A stretch of 61,504 bases of DNA, filler included, from Choristocarpus tenellus KU-1152 (Eukaryota > Protista > Phaeophyceae): NCBI GenBank assembly GCA_964200185.2. It is 7 parts of 7 records of this genome, joined end to end, with 100 filler letters (N's around TTAATTAATTAA, not from the genome) between each part and the next. Parts side by side here need not be neighbours in the genome. Positions count along the whole stretch, not along the records: positions 1 to 17,766 come from CAXNAD020000629.1; 6 more parts are not named here. One strand, given 5' to 3'. Shown in pieces: positions 1-11,719 of the stretch (positions are counted from its first letter, which is position 1; each line of letters starts with the position of its first letter). The position numbers and the translations under genes were made by a program. A model generated the notes under the pieces. It had not been told where the DNA came from. It saw only the letters and a program-made list of their open reading frames with translations, and ran no database searches.

Positions 1-12
1 CACAAACGGACA

Positions 13-197
13 CACCCAAAGCATCTGGGGGGGTAGATGAGGGGGTCTACACCAGGGTGTCCATCTGACCCAAAACCAGGATAAGTGCACTTACACAATC
101 CATCCTACGTATGCAACAAAATCACTCAAAAATCGTAACATGAAAAAATTGGCCCCAAATGGACAGCCGCCACCCCCCCTCCCAGATACTTTGACTC
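13..197. mobile_element. MITE family B, nested in the end of a family-A MITE (which runs to 235)
   Basis: TIRs CACCCAAAGCATCTGGGG...CCCAGATACTTTGACTC flanked by aca/aca. The downstream GGGTAAAACTCGTACCCTCTAAGATACTTT is the family-A terminus. Confidence 0.8.
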
Positions 198-2574
198 ACA
201 GGGTAAAACTCGTACCCTCTAAGATACTTTTTCTCAGCTTCATATAAGGTAGGGCACCAAAATCTGTCTCTTACACAGTCAAACGTGTACTTAAAAGCAT
301 GGTGGTCTCCAACTTTATGGTCATGTAGGGCATGTAAAAGTAAACCCTAGACTTCCGTTGAGGCAACAACTGATCACGAAATTCTCCATTCTTATTATTA
401 TGAAGAAGACCAGGTTGATAAGATCGGTATAGTAAGAGTTTTCTCTCTCTCTATCCCTCATGCGAAAAAACATGACATGGCAATGCCAGTCAGAAAAAGA
501 ATAATCAACATACAAGACACAACTGATGGCTTTGAAGATCAAAGAAAACAATGAAACAAACTTGAATCAAAATCTGGGACAATTCACATGGCACATACTA
601 TACTAGCATGGTTGACTGATGTCGACTGTTCCATATTTCCTATATGCACCATGATCTTCTAACCGTAGTTGGTGATGCTATGATGAGGTGCTAATGATGA
701 AAATGTGACAACGATCAGTACCGATGTGCGAATCAACCGTCAGTATGAACTGGTAATACTGTATCGTATCAACTACACAAAAGATGAGTAGCCTATATTT
801 TAGCACTCTTCTTGCTGGGTGGCCTGTTTTGACAGCCATGGTCACCATATTCCAAGTGACCACAGTCGGCTGTCTGTTCTGGAATGTTGAGTGCTCCAGA
901 ACAGATTGTGTACGAGGTGTGCCCTCTATTGCCTTCATCACTACCTGGAGATTCCCTCCGTAAGTGCCTTCCTTTTTACGCCGAAGAGGTAGTAAGCCCA
1001 TCGCTCGTCAACATTGCCTGTAGTTGCTTATTCTTGTTTTCCGAATCCGGCGAAATCGTCAGCGGCGTTAGCCCGGGAAATTCGGCCCAATGTGTTTTCC
1101 ACGTGGTTGTATGACAGCTGCGGAGGATGTAAGCCCACACCAAACAAGAACGAGGTGGGAAGGCCTTATTGGGGAATCTAGGTGGGTACAGAACCAGATT
1201 TGAGAGAGGAAGCGGCGCGACAAGTGGTGGGATCCTGAACCCAACGCACGAGAAGTAAGTCATGGATGAGGCAGTATAATTAGAATACTGGAACAATTCC
1301 AAATAGTTGAAGTAGTTGGTATGAGAAGTAGTTCGGTGTGTAATTCCTCTGATCACAAGAAGTTGGGATAGTCGTTCGATTAAAGTGAAGACAAAGTATC
1401 TCAAGAAAAAAAAAATGGATTTATGTTTAAGAAGCTGGGTATAGACTTCCATAAGAAAAGTAAGTTAGTGGCATGCCTCCTCGACGCAACGCCTGTCCTT
1501 ATCTCCCGATCTAGGCTATATCTTTTAGTCACCTCATCGCACCAGCAAGTCCCGACACGCAGCAGGCAGACAACGCTTATTTGTGGGCACTTGAGAGGAT
1601 TAAGGAGGTGGTACCCAGGCGATTGAGGTCTTCGAAGAGGTGTATGAAAATGCTTCTTTGCTTGGAGACGCACCAGCAAGCCTGAGCTCAAATGTCAACT
1701 AGTGTAGGAGATTCAGGCCTGTCCTTCATGATCCATTGCCAGTATGCAGGATTTGTGGGATCAGTAGCAGCCACCTTTCGTGGCCAAGGGTTTCTCGGAA
1801 GGTATTTGCCATTTGCACCAGCCCTACCACCATCAACCCACACTATCTCCTGCTGTAGATATTGCTGAGATCATTGGTCAAGGTTGAGTAGACTGGGGTG
1901 GTGCAGTCCCTCTGGCGCAAGCCCCTGATTTGATAGCCAGACAGTGCACAATGCAGAGGGACAACAAAACGAACCCAACAGCAGATAATCCTTCTCAACA
2001 GGGTCCACTTCAATTCCTTATACACCTAGCTAGCGAACCTCCCTACAGTTCTGAGACCCGGAAATAAGCCTTTTGTCATGGATTTAACACACCACAGGAG
2101 TCCAGAGTGATCACCCAACCACTTGAAGTGGCAACATGGATGCCATCTCCCAAACTCTGCCTCACTCGCAATCAACCAGCCTTTGGGGATAGAGGAGGCA
2201 CAGTTCAAATGCTGCTGTGAGGCTGGATTCAGAAGACAAGAGTTGGATACTAGGCAAGCACGTACATGCCCTAGAATCTGAGGATACCTACAGTCAGATA
2301 ACTGAGCAGTATCTGCAGTAGTGTACAATATTTTCTTTACCTTGGAGAACAGGATTTCCTTTATTGACAGGAGTTTCGCATGGATGCAGTATTCCATACT
2401 GGGACCTATCCAACGCAGCCACTAACACACACAGTGGTGAAATCTCTCCTAGAATCATGCACTATGAAGAAGGCTGTCTAGAAACGAGAACAGAATCCCA
2501 TGAGTCTGTCAAGTCCCCTTCACCCCCCACGCTGAAACCCCAGACCCCCTCTACCGCTTGTGCTACATGAGTCA

Positions 2575-2720
2575 CCACTTCATCCAGGAAATGCTCTACC
2601 TATGTACTGAGATGCTCAAAGCTTTCCACTACAAATTTGTTGATGTTTAAACTGTAGAGGCAAAAGATCCCTTGAAGTGGGTGCACTCCTGGACCTCAGC
2701 CGCAGGAGCAGCGATGCTGT
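2575..2720 (-). mobile_element. Highly decayed fragment of the CRE-like non-LTR element
   Basis: cttcatccaggaaatgctctacc...ctttccactacaaatttgttgatgt aligns by eye to 9323-9390 (ctcatccaggaaacattccac...tttccactgcaaaggtgttgaggt). Confidence 0.45.
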
Positions 2721-3569
2721 TACTTAATTACAGTCTTGTATGCGGCTGTCCATTTGGAACTCTGCAAAGGCTACATCCAGGAGGAGATCAATTCCTTGCC
2801 CCCCACCCCGTTCACTCTCTCCTTAGGATGTTTCGTTATCAAAGGCTACTATAAGTATGATACATCTACTGAAATATTGAGTTCATCCAGGGTGTATCAG
2901 TTCACATTTGTACATGTCTACTCCATAGACTGCTATTTGTGAAGGTAATTACGACTCGACCAAGATAGAATTAAGAAGAAGGAGATGAGAGCCTCACACA
3001 GCCTCTTTTGCTAGAGTGTGAAAGTTACATGTTGTGGGAATTGGAAAAGTAGCTGGTAGTGCACCCTTGCTCATGTGCCTTACTATTATTTATCTACCAA
3101 AGGATTCCTTATCAACACCATATACAAATATCATGAATGCGCGGTCATATATTACTACCTTGTCGGTATATTGGTCATACATGACACGTACTGCTATGAA
3201 TATTATGTCAGTACAGCCTAACTAGAATACCAATAAAATATTAATCACTCCAAATATACTATCCTTATCTCATTAGGGGCATCTCATACAGACTAAAGCC
3301 AAGCATAGATACACACAAAAGACTCATGTTTACACAGAAGTCCTCTACAACTTTGACAAACACAATTATCCAGAATACTTTAATCACTTGAGAGGGCATG
3401 CAGCACACGTATCCACAATCTTCACTCAATTCTTCACGGTCTATATATTCTCAACACTCACAGTCATTTTGTACACACCACCCAGAAGTATCAGGGTCGT
3501 GTCAACAATGCCCTTATGGGAAGAGGGCCTCAGTCCAATAGGGTCTCCATGAGCTTCTGCAGTGGCTGC

Positions 3570-6500
3570 TTACCCATGCTGATGAGATGGTGATGTGGAC
3601 GAAGGTGATGTGGTGAATTGCAACCAGTGTGCATCGCAGACCCTCTGAAATCCCAGCCTTGAGAAAAGAGATAGTGAGGACTTGTTGTCATCAAGAATCA
3701 CTGCAAATGTGCCAGGGTGACACATTAGTTCTTGTGATCGCTGTGGGTGAACCAGCGGTCCTATTTTCCCCCCTTCTCCGCTATCCATCACTGGTCCACC
3801 TGGTTCCAGTCCAGAGTCGTCTTGCATCTGCCTAAGAATCTCAGTCACAGCTGCACCTGCATAACCTTTCTTACGGAAAGGAGGCTCTGTGTGAAGCATC
3901 GCCAAGGTGCCCTCTGTGTAAACCAGGCACCTTAGGGTGTTAGCAATGGCGAGGGGTATGGCAGTGGGTGAGGTTCAGTTGTGGGTTGGGATGCCCCTTG
4001 CTAATCCCAAGTAGCATGTCATGTGGAGGTGAAGAAAGTGATGGAACTCGAGACATCTTTGCCCTGAGGATCATTGAAAACAGGGATAAAAAAGCTGCCC
4101 TTGTTACCAAAGCAAAACTTCTTACAAGGTTCCACTGTGTTGCCTCATCAAGTTAGTGGCAGTTCTCTCCCACAACACAAAACAAAAATGCTATCCTGCT
4201 ATCACTCACATTGTGTTACACATCCCTACATACCCTTTGACCATGTAGGTGAGTGGGTGGGCATCTGCTTGGGCATCTGCTTCAACTTAGCAAGCCCAAT
4301 GAGAGTGTTGAGGGGAGGTTCTGCCTCGTTCATATTTAGTACCATTTGGGAATATTTGATAATCGTATGCTGAACATGGGACCTTTGCCGGCCAAAATCG
4401 AAGGTATCATTTTATTAATTTGACCACATATTGTTGCTATCTGGGAGATATTAGCGCCATCTAAGAACTGCCTTAAACGGTGCTGAGAGATTGTGGGACT
4501 GGCATGTACAATTCAATACTGCAACAGGTATCCACATATCTTGTACAGATTACTTGCTGCAGCAAATTGAAAACCTCATTCAACAGCTCCCACTGAAACA
4601 TAACATCCTTGAGAAAACCCTTACACCACATGCCAATATATACAAATATGGGAAAGTTACAACCTCCTCACAGTATATATTATATACTCATACAACACAC
4701 CTAACTACATTGGGGCACTAAACAGCAGGAAACAGGTTAGAGCTGTACAAAGTAGAACTCCCCAACCAAATTCAAGCAACTTGAGCTGTGTGTTCACTGC
4801 AGTTAATACCTTAGGAAGATTCCTCTCATTAGCCTACACTGGTCTGAGATGCTAGTTTACCCTCCATACAGAAGATGTATCTTCAACATTTCACACAGAA
4901 CCATGCATCCCTCCATGTCAATAAAATTTCACATTATATCTTCAACACATCAACAGCTCCAAGACACATTTTACACCAAAGCAAAGTTGAGTGACTCAAA
5001 CTCTTGCTCCTTGGGCACAAAACAAGACTGTAGTCCTATACCAAACACAACACTTCAGTTATCTTGTTGTCAAATCAAAGTAGTTCCAAAATCTACAATC
5101 AAAACTGCCCTCAAGTCCAAAACCCTAACCCACGAAGACATACTCCAGACTTGTGGTGAACAGTACAATCAACCTTGCCCCCATCCACCACAACCAGTTC
5201 ACAATGTGTTTGGACTTCAAGTCAATACTATTCCCAGGGTTGGCATGATAAAAGTTGGTAAAAAGATAAAATTTCAGAGATGGGCTTAGAACAGGATAGG
5301 ATTGCAACAAAGGATCAGAAGGCAAGGCCTAAGGCTCCACAGCATGGTACTAAAAAAGAGGCTGGATTTTTGGTTACTTTTAGTACCATACACCCTATAA
5401 CCTTTATCCTCACCATGCCACAAGCTGCCCATCCTTCCGCACCCCAGCGGAAGGATGATAGGTGAGCAAGCGCTTGGCAAGGTCTTCGCTTCCTTCAAAC
5501 CGGTGTGGCCAACGCGAATTTATTAGCTCAGCATCGTCCACACTGAGCTTTGATACAATCTCCACACCCTGATCATTGATCAAGAGCAACATGCAAAGTA
5601 GACCATTCAGGAAGTTAGTCACAGTATCATGGGGAGGTGGAGGGGGGTATAAGGTTCTGTTGTCTTCCACATGGACAATCTGGGCACAGAAATGCCGAAG
5701 TGACATGGCCATAGACTGCACAACACCCATTATCCCCCCTCCAATGCTCAGGAGGCACTCTTGAAGACAGGGGGTGTAATACATGGATACGCATGCCTCT
5801 GTCCATTTTCTTACTGGTCTTGCAGCCTTGCCGTCTTTCAACCAGTACACCTGTATCCACCAGGAATACAATGGATTCATTCATTCAGTATACAACAGCC
5901 AGTTGGCCAAGCAATATATTAAAGCTTCAAGAAAAATAAAACTGCTTGCTTGGCAAAATGCAGCATCCATGATCAACCACAAAAATTCCTATGGGAGATA
6001 CATGCCAACTGGACGTAGGGCATCACCACAATTGCTCCTCCTCCAAAGACAGCATGGGTGAAATAATGGGTGACACTGTGTGCACAGAGCAGTGGCTGGT
6101 CAAATTCCTTGCCAATAGATCATTTTGGCCTATCCTTCCAAGGGGCTCAAGTAGATGACCACCGAATCAACTCATCACAAAAAGGAACTATTGCAGGAAC
6201 GGCAGCTTCAAGTATTAAAAAAAAGATGCCTATCAATCAAGTCAAAAGAAATAAACAAAAAATCTGTATTGGTTCTGTAAGAACCAATGAAACCTCACAC
6301 AAAATACACCCCCCTTTTTATCTGAGGGACAATGCTTAAATCTGTTTCCTCTGAGGGTACGTTATAGAACTGAAGAAAGAGTCCTCGTGCAGAACGCCTC
6401 TAGATATCTAGTGCAGGAGTGGATGAATTTCTTAACACCAACAGTGCCAAAAGAGGCCAAAGTATAGACATTCGTAAATCGCACCAGGCATTTAATGTAT

Positions 6501-8345
6501 TGATCGGTGGTTGTTGGAGGATTGTAACTAGACTTCCATTCAGGCACAAATAACATTGACCATGACCAACACTAGATCACCTTTTCCAATGTTGGAAGCG
6601 GCGGCAGATGCTTGATTCCAAGGGGGAGAGCCCACAAACCGCACCTGTTGTTTCATATGATAAGGAGAAGGGAAGAAATTCAGTAGCAAACGTTGCCAAA
6701 TTACCTGAACCACTACAAGCTTGAAAATGTGTTCATATCACATATCGACAGTAGACATGTTTCCTGAGGGGTCTCTGTTGAACAGGAAAGTCCCCACAGC
6801 TCAGGGGGGAACTCATTACCGATTACACCCTGTATCCCTGGTATTTGGTCACCTCCTTGACAATAGATGTATCACAGTGCAGTGCAGCGCATTAGTCACC
6901 ACATATGACCAATCATGGAAAGGAAAGGGCAAAATTAGTAGTAGTCCATTGAAAGGCAACCAGAAAGTGCTTGCCTGCTCACTCCTTCTACCACCCATGC
7001 ACTCATACAAGGAATACGTAACCAGGAAGAGTTGGAAGCTCTAGTCCCTTGGATCATCTGTATCCCCTGTGATATCACCCCTCATACCTTTACCTGTGCT
7101 GTTCATCTTTGTGTAGCCCTAGCCTTCCCATAGCAGATTTCAGTGACTCTTCGTGGATCTGCACATCAGTAAACTTGAACATTATCAGTCCCCTACCACC
7201 CATATCACCATTGGCCAAGCTTCGAATTACTGCAGCCCCTGGTCCCACCACTATTGCCGCTAGAGCGGCCCCTGGTACGGCGCTAAGACTAAACATGGTG
7301 ACTTGTGGCCTGCATGAGGGTGAGGTACAGGAGGATTTCACTAGTTGCGTTTAAGATTTGTTCTGGTCGGAGTGGGTCGTTGCACAACAGTTACTTCAAT
7401 CAAGAGTTTGTCGCAGAAAATAGAAGGGGGTTGCTTCTTTGGCAATGAGCATAAGAATGGAAGAGGAGGGGTAGGTGTTGAAAACGAATGCTTTCCTGGT
7501 ATACTTGTTGTGGTAACGCATTTGTTCCCCGTGCTTTGTATAATAGTTTCATCCTTGAATCTCACATATCAGTCTCAAAGTCCACTCTTATGACGGCAGA
7601 AGGTTTGGCAAGAGAGTCCACATATACTCTACTGCCATCGTTGATGGGGTTCTTGGATCCGTTGCGCATGGCATTTAGTATCGGTGCGGCACGAGGAAGA
7701 TTTCTCCTGAGCCACCGCATGACACACTCTGTGGCAGCAGGCCCCTGGACCTCACGAAGAGGCTCCGTGTCTGGTCCCAGACTGCACTGATCGTATGCGA
7801 TAGTTATAGCAGCGTGAAATGCATGAACCAAGAATCTTGGTGGTGAGGATCGTCTTGTTGCAGTCAAAGAGGTAATTGGTAGAAGCCCAATGCATGTAAG
7901 TACCGTGTCTCAAATGACGAATTGCATTGACTTTCACAGGAATGCATAGCATCCTTAATTGAAATGACTAAAATCACCTACGTATGAAATAGGCAACTCA
8001 CGGCAATGTCTGGAGCAAGCAACTTGCAGGCTTAAACGTACTCACCGAAGATGACACATTGCTGTCACCAACCACAACCTCGAGCGCCCTGTCCCACACC
8101 ACATCATCCAGCTCCTGGACCATGGACTGTGATCCTTGCGCCATCATCTTCTCCATCCATTCCACGTCAGCATCTCTTTTGTTCGTGGTACAAGCCTCCC
8201 TGACTTCGTCAGATCCGTATTCACAACCGTGTGTGCCGCCGAAAGGATCAGTCTGCTCAACCATTGCATCAGCCCACTCGTCCCAATCAGATGATCCGGA
8301 GGAGCAAGCACCGTCTCCCATCACATTTTGATGTTTGAGAGACAT
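3570..8345 (-). CDS. GNAT-family acetyltransferase (GLYAT/FR47-like C-terminal domain), 6 coding exons
   Basis: Phase-consistent GT-AG exons: 8345(ATG; possible acceptor at 8351)-8046, 7786-7566, 7309-7094, 6644-6581, 5568-5414, 3930-3570(TAA). The spliced product reads ...DDAELINSRWPHRFEGSEDLAKRLLTYHPSAGVRKDGQLVAW|CLVYTEGTLAMLHTEPPFRKKGYA..., which contains GNAT motif A (R-x-x-G-x-A), and later ..DNKSSLSLFSRLGF (motif B). An upstream exon may exist. Confidence 0.85.
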
Positions 8346-8706
8346 GATCCCCTGAAGGGGAATAGGCTGACCAGAGATGACAAACCGATCGCACAAACAA
8401 GGTCAGGTTTCAGAAAAGTGATCTGTATCCTAACCTGAACTGTTTGTGTGTGTTTACTGGTACAGTCTTGGAGGTTGTACTCAATCATTTCCAAGGACCA
8501 AAAAACTAGGTACTTGTACCATGAAAGTTTGGTCAGAGATTCTGGGTGGTACGACCAAAAGTAATGGAAAGTGTACGTGTATATTCACTATATACAATAA
8601 TAATAGTGAACAGATACCACAAACTTGAAAACAGTTCCAGCATATTTACAAATCTGATCCTGTGGCAGTGTGATTCACTCAAGGGCGGCGAAGAGAATCG
8701 CCAGGT

Positions 8707-11440
8707 AAGACGGACCAGACAGATCAAGACGAATCGTAACCGAGAGGACGAAGTTAATGTTGGACAAGTGCAAGACAGAAGAGACTTGTAGGAAACTATG
8801 GAGTGATGAGAATCTTATGAGAGGGGGATCATCACAAAAGTCAAGATGTGACAACAAAGAGAATATTTGATGTGTGACAACTCTGGTGAAAGAGATGTCC
8901 ACACCTCAATATTTTTATATTGTTGTGCCCTCTCTCTGGCATTTTACAAATGTGTCAAGCGGGAAAACAATGAAAACTATTTACATGTCAGTATAAACCC
9001 TAATAAAGAAGTAAAGTATGTCACATATGTGAGAAACACTATTCCATTTGTTATTTCACTACTATTATGTTGCACCACTGCCTTCCTGTGCCTCCATATC
9101 TACCTATTCCTGCACCCCATGGTGAAGAGCTAGGGAGGCATCCCAAGAATCCAACAAACCCCTCCTTGCCCATCTCCCTGGTGACTCCAGCTTAAAACGC
9201 ATGATATGTCTAGACAGTGCCACTTGCGTTGTTACTAAGACTATTTGGCGTAGGCGGGATTTGACCGCTCCTTTCCTGCTATAACCTCCAGTTCCTTTCC
9301 CCCCCACCATATATGTAGCCAGCTCATCCAGGAAACATTCCACTTGCTTGCTGAGGTGCCCAAAATTTTCCACTGCAAAGGTGTTGAGGTAATAACTACG
9401 AGGATCAAAAGAGCCCTCATAGTGGGTGCGCTTTCACACCTCAGCTGCAGCAGCAGCTATACCATTCATTGCTGGTGGATGAATGTGGAAGATGGGAGGT
9501 TGCCTCCACTTCTGCAAATTTTAACATTTTAGCAGGAGGCCTTTGTCCCAGTAGGAGGCTGTTCCATCGTCTGCAAGTGCTCCTGCATGGAAAACTAGAT
9601 CCATGCAGAAATTCCTGTCTGCTGTGAAAGGGCTGCCATCCTCCGTAGTGCAAGGGATGCCCATTCCCTCACATACTTGACTTAGGTGTTTACCATGGGT
9701 GTGTTGTTGCACCTGGCCTCCTGCCCTGGGGCAGGTATGGTCATGTCTGGTGTTGACATTTTGACTCCTGCACCCCGCCACTGGGCACCTGTTTGAAAGC
9801 GCCTCTTCCCTCCCTAGGGATCTGCTAGCTGTGAGCTTGAATTCTATGGGAGAGGTTTGGCATGCTGGCTTCAGGGGTTGTGTTGAGGTCCATGCGTTTG
9901 GTCCTTGCCCACACTGGCTTTGGTGGCATGCTAGGGCCAATGAGGAACTTTCCTTCCCTTGTTGTACTTCACCTGGTAGGTCGGCTAGTTGTGTCCGAAA
10001 GGAGTCGAAACGGATCCTGTTCAGAAGGCATGTGATCTCATGTTGAGCCCTCCTTGTGATCCTGGTATCATGAGCTGCCAGGATGTGAACCTTCGGGGCA
10101 GGTGCGGGAGATGTTGTTCCCCACCAGGTCTTCTGAGGGGATATCTGTAGAAAGCATCTCAAATATTTGTAAGACCTTCCACTGTAATCAGGGATTCCTG
10201 ACAAGGAAACCTCAAACGGTATAACGGTATATGGCATACAGCAACAATGGGGTAACAACAGATAAACATGCTTTCCACATCACCCCCCCTTCTGATCGGC
10301 CTTGAAGCCATCTAAACATGATTCAAGGTCAACCAAAAGGTGAGCTCTGGGAGCGAAATGGGAAACATGTGTTACTGTTAGTATACTTTTGTGCCATTTT
10401 ACTACATGACTCCATTAATACAAAATGGAGTGTAACATACAAACGAGGCATTCAATGGATATCTGATCAGGAGAACATTAGCCTAACGTTGATGGTGTGT
10501 GGTCAGCACGCCAATCAATCTTACAAGGTCTGAGAGTATGGGATCAGCATATCAATCAGCCTAAGGACAAGCGAGAGGTATATGTGGCCAGCATATAGGT
10601 CTCTATTATCTTGTATAAAACGGAGGATGCTCAGAATGGGGATAAAAGGAGCAAATGCTATACGATGTCAATAAATGGTTTGACCAGCGTTTGTGATTCG
10701 ACATTGCTATACGGGTGTTGTACAATGATCTGATCACCGTTCCGATGGGTGAAAACAACACCATGTGTTACATGACCAAATCAACACAGCAAACGATGAG
10801 ATCAAATGTGAGCACCTACTCTCCTTCCTCAAATCTGACATTGGTTGGAATATTGCTCAGGACAACTACAATATTCCAAGTGGACAACTTGGACGTACGA
10901 TGTTGGTGGCTCAACTCTCCTCAAACAATACAAGGTGACTGTACGATCATTACATCATGTCGGGGGGATCATGCTACTCGAGAAATAAAACGAATAACAT
11001 GTATGACTCACCTAAATCTCCATCTCTTACGTAGTGGTAGACCTGAATCTTCATTTTTTTTTTAGTGGGGTTATTCATTTCATGATGATAATAAATCTAG
11101 TTCATGAAAACGTGACTGGGCAAGATGGACCAGACAGATCAAGACGAACCGTAAGCGAGAGGACGAGGTAAGGTTGGACAAGTGCAAGACTGCAAAGACT
11201 TGTAGGAAACTGTGGAGTGATGAGAATCTTACGAGAGGGAGATCATCACAAAAGTCAAGACGTTTCAACAAAGAGAATATTTGATGTGTGACAACTCTGG
11301 TGAAAGAGATGTCCATACCTCAAATATTCGTAAGACCCTCCGCTGGAATCAGGGATTCCTGACAAGGAAACCTCAAACGGTATAACGGTATATGGCATAC
11401 GGCAACAACGGTATGACATCAGACAAACTTGTTTGCCACA
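8707..11440. repeat. ~320-bp direct repeat pair (8707-8914 plus 10169-10280, versus 11122-11440); possibly the LTRs of an internally deleted LTR element
   Basis: Near-identical sequence (gaccagacagatcaagacgaa...ggattcctgacaaggaaacctcaaacggtataacggtatatggcatac). The first copy is split by the non-LTR insertion. The LTR identity is inference. Confidence 0.75.
8915..10154 (-). mobile_element. 5'-truncated non-LTR retrotransposon with restriction-like endonuclease (CRE-like), copy 1
   Basis: Encodes CPVAGC..NTRHDHTC (Zn knuckle), RNFCMDLVF..KGLL and ENFGHLSKQVECFLDELA, typical of RLE-type C-termini. Flanked by a ~14-bp TSD: cacctcaatattt 8902-8914 / catctcaaatattt 10155-10168. Confidence 0.8.
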
Positions 11441-11460
11441 ATATTATCAATACTACAATA

Positions 11461-11703
11461 CTTCCCTAGTTCCCCCCCCCGGGGCACAGGAGTAGGTAGA
11501 TGGGAAGCACAGGAAGACAGTAGTACAATATTGATAGTGGTGAAGTAACTGGTAAATTAGTGGTTTTCACACTTCCAGTGCTTTATAGTGTTCTCACGTT
11601 TAGGGTGTTTCATTTCTTTAGGGCTTATACTGACATACGTATAGTTTTCATTTGTTTTCCCCCTGACACATCTGCAAAATGTCAAAGGTCGTAACAATAA
11701 AAT
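11461..11703 (+). mobile_element. Short 3'-end-only copy of the same CRE-like element, opposite orientation
   Basis: Reverse complement of ~8936-9118. Flanked by an 11-bp TSD atactacaata (11450-11460 / 11704-11714) and ends in taacaataaaat. Confidence 0.75.
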
Positions 11704-11719
11704 ATACTACAATATGATA

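Noticed and set aside
850-2570. ORFs 976..1452, 1401..1691 and 2026..2397 as a gene or a DIRS-like RT remnant
   Set aside because: Only faint motif hints (KGWLIA, FKWLG) and one isolated gtaagt donor at 960; no consistent model.
5569-5880. 5' part of ORF 5410..5880 as GNAT coding sequence
   Set aside because: The phase-consistent path uses exon 6644-6581 joined to the acceptor at 5568, so this part is intronic read-through.
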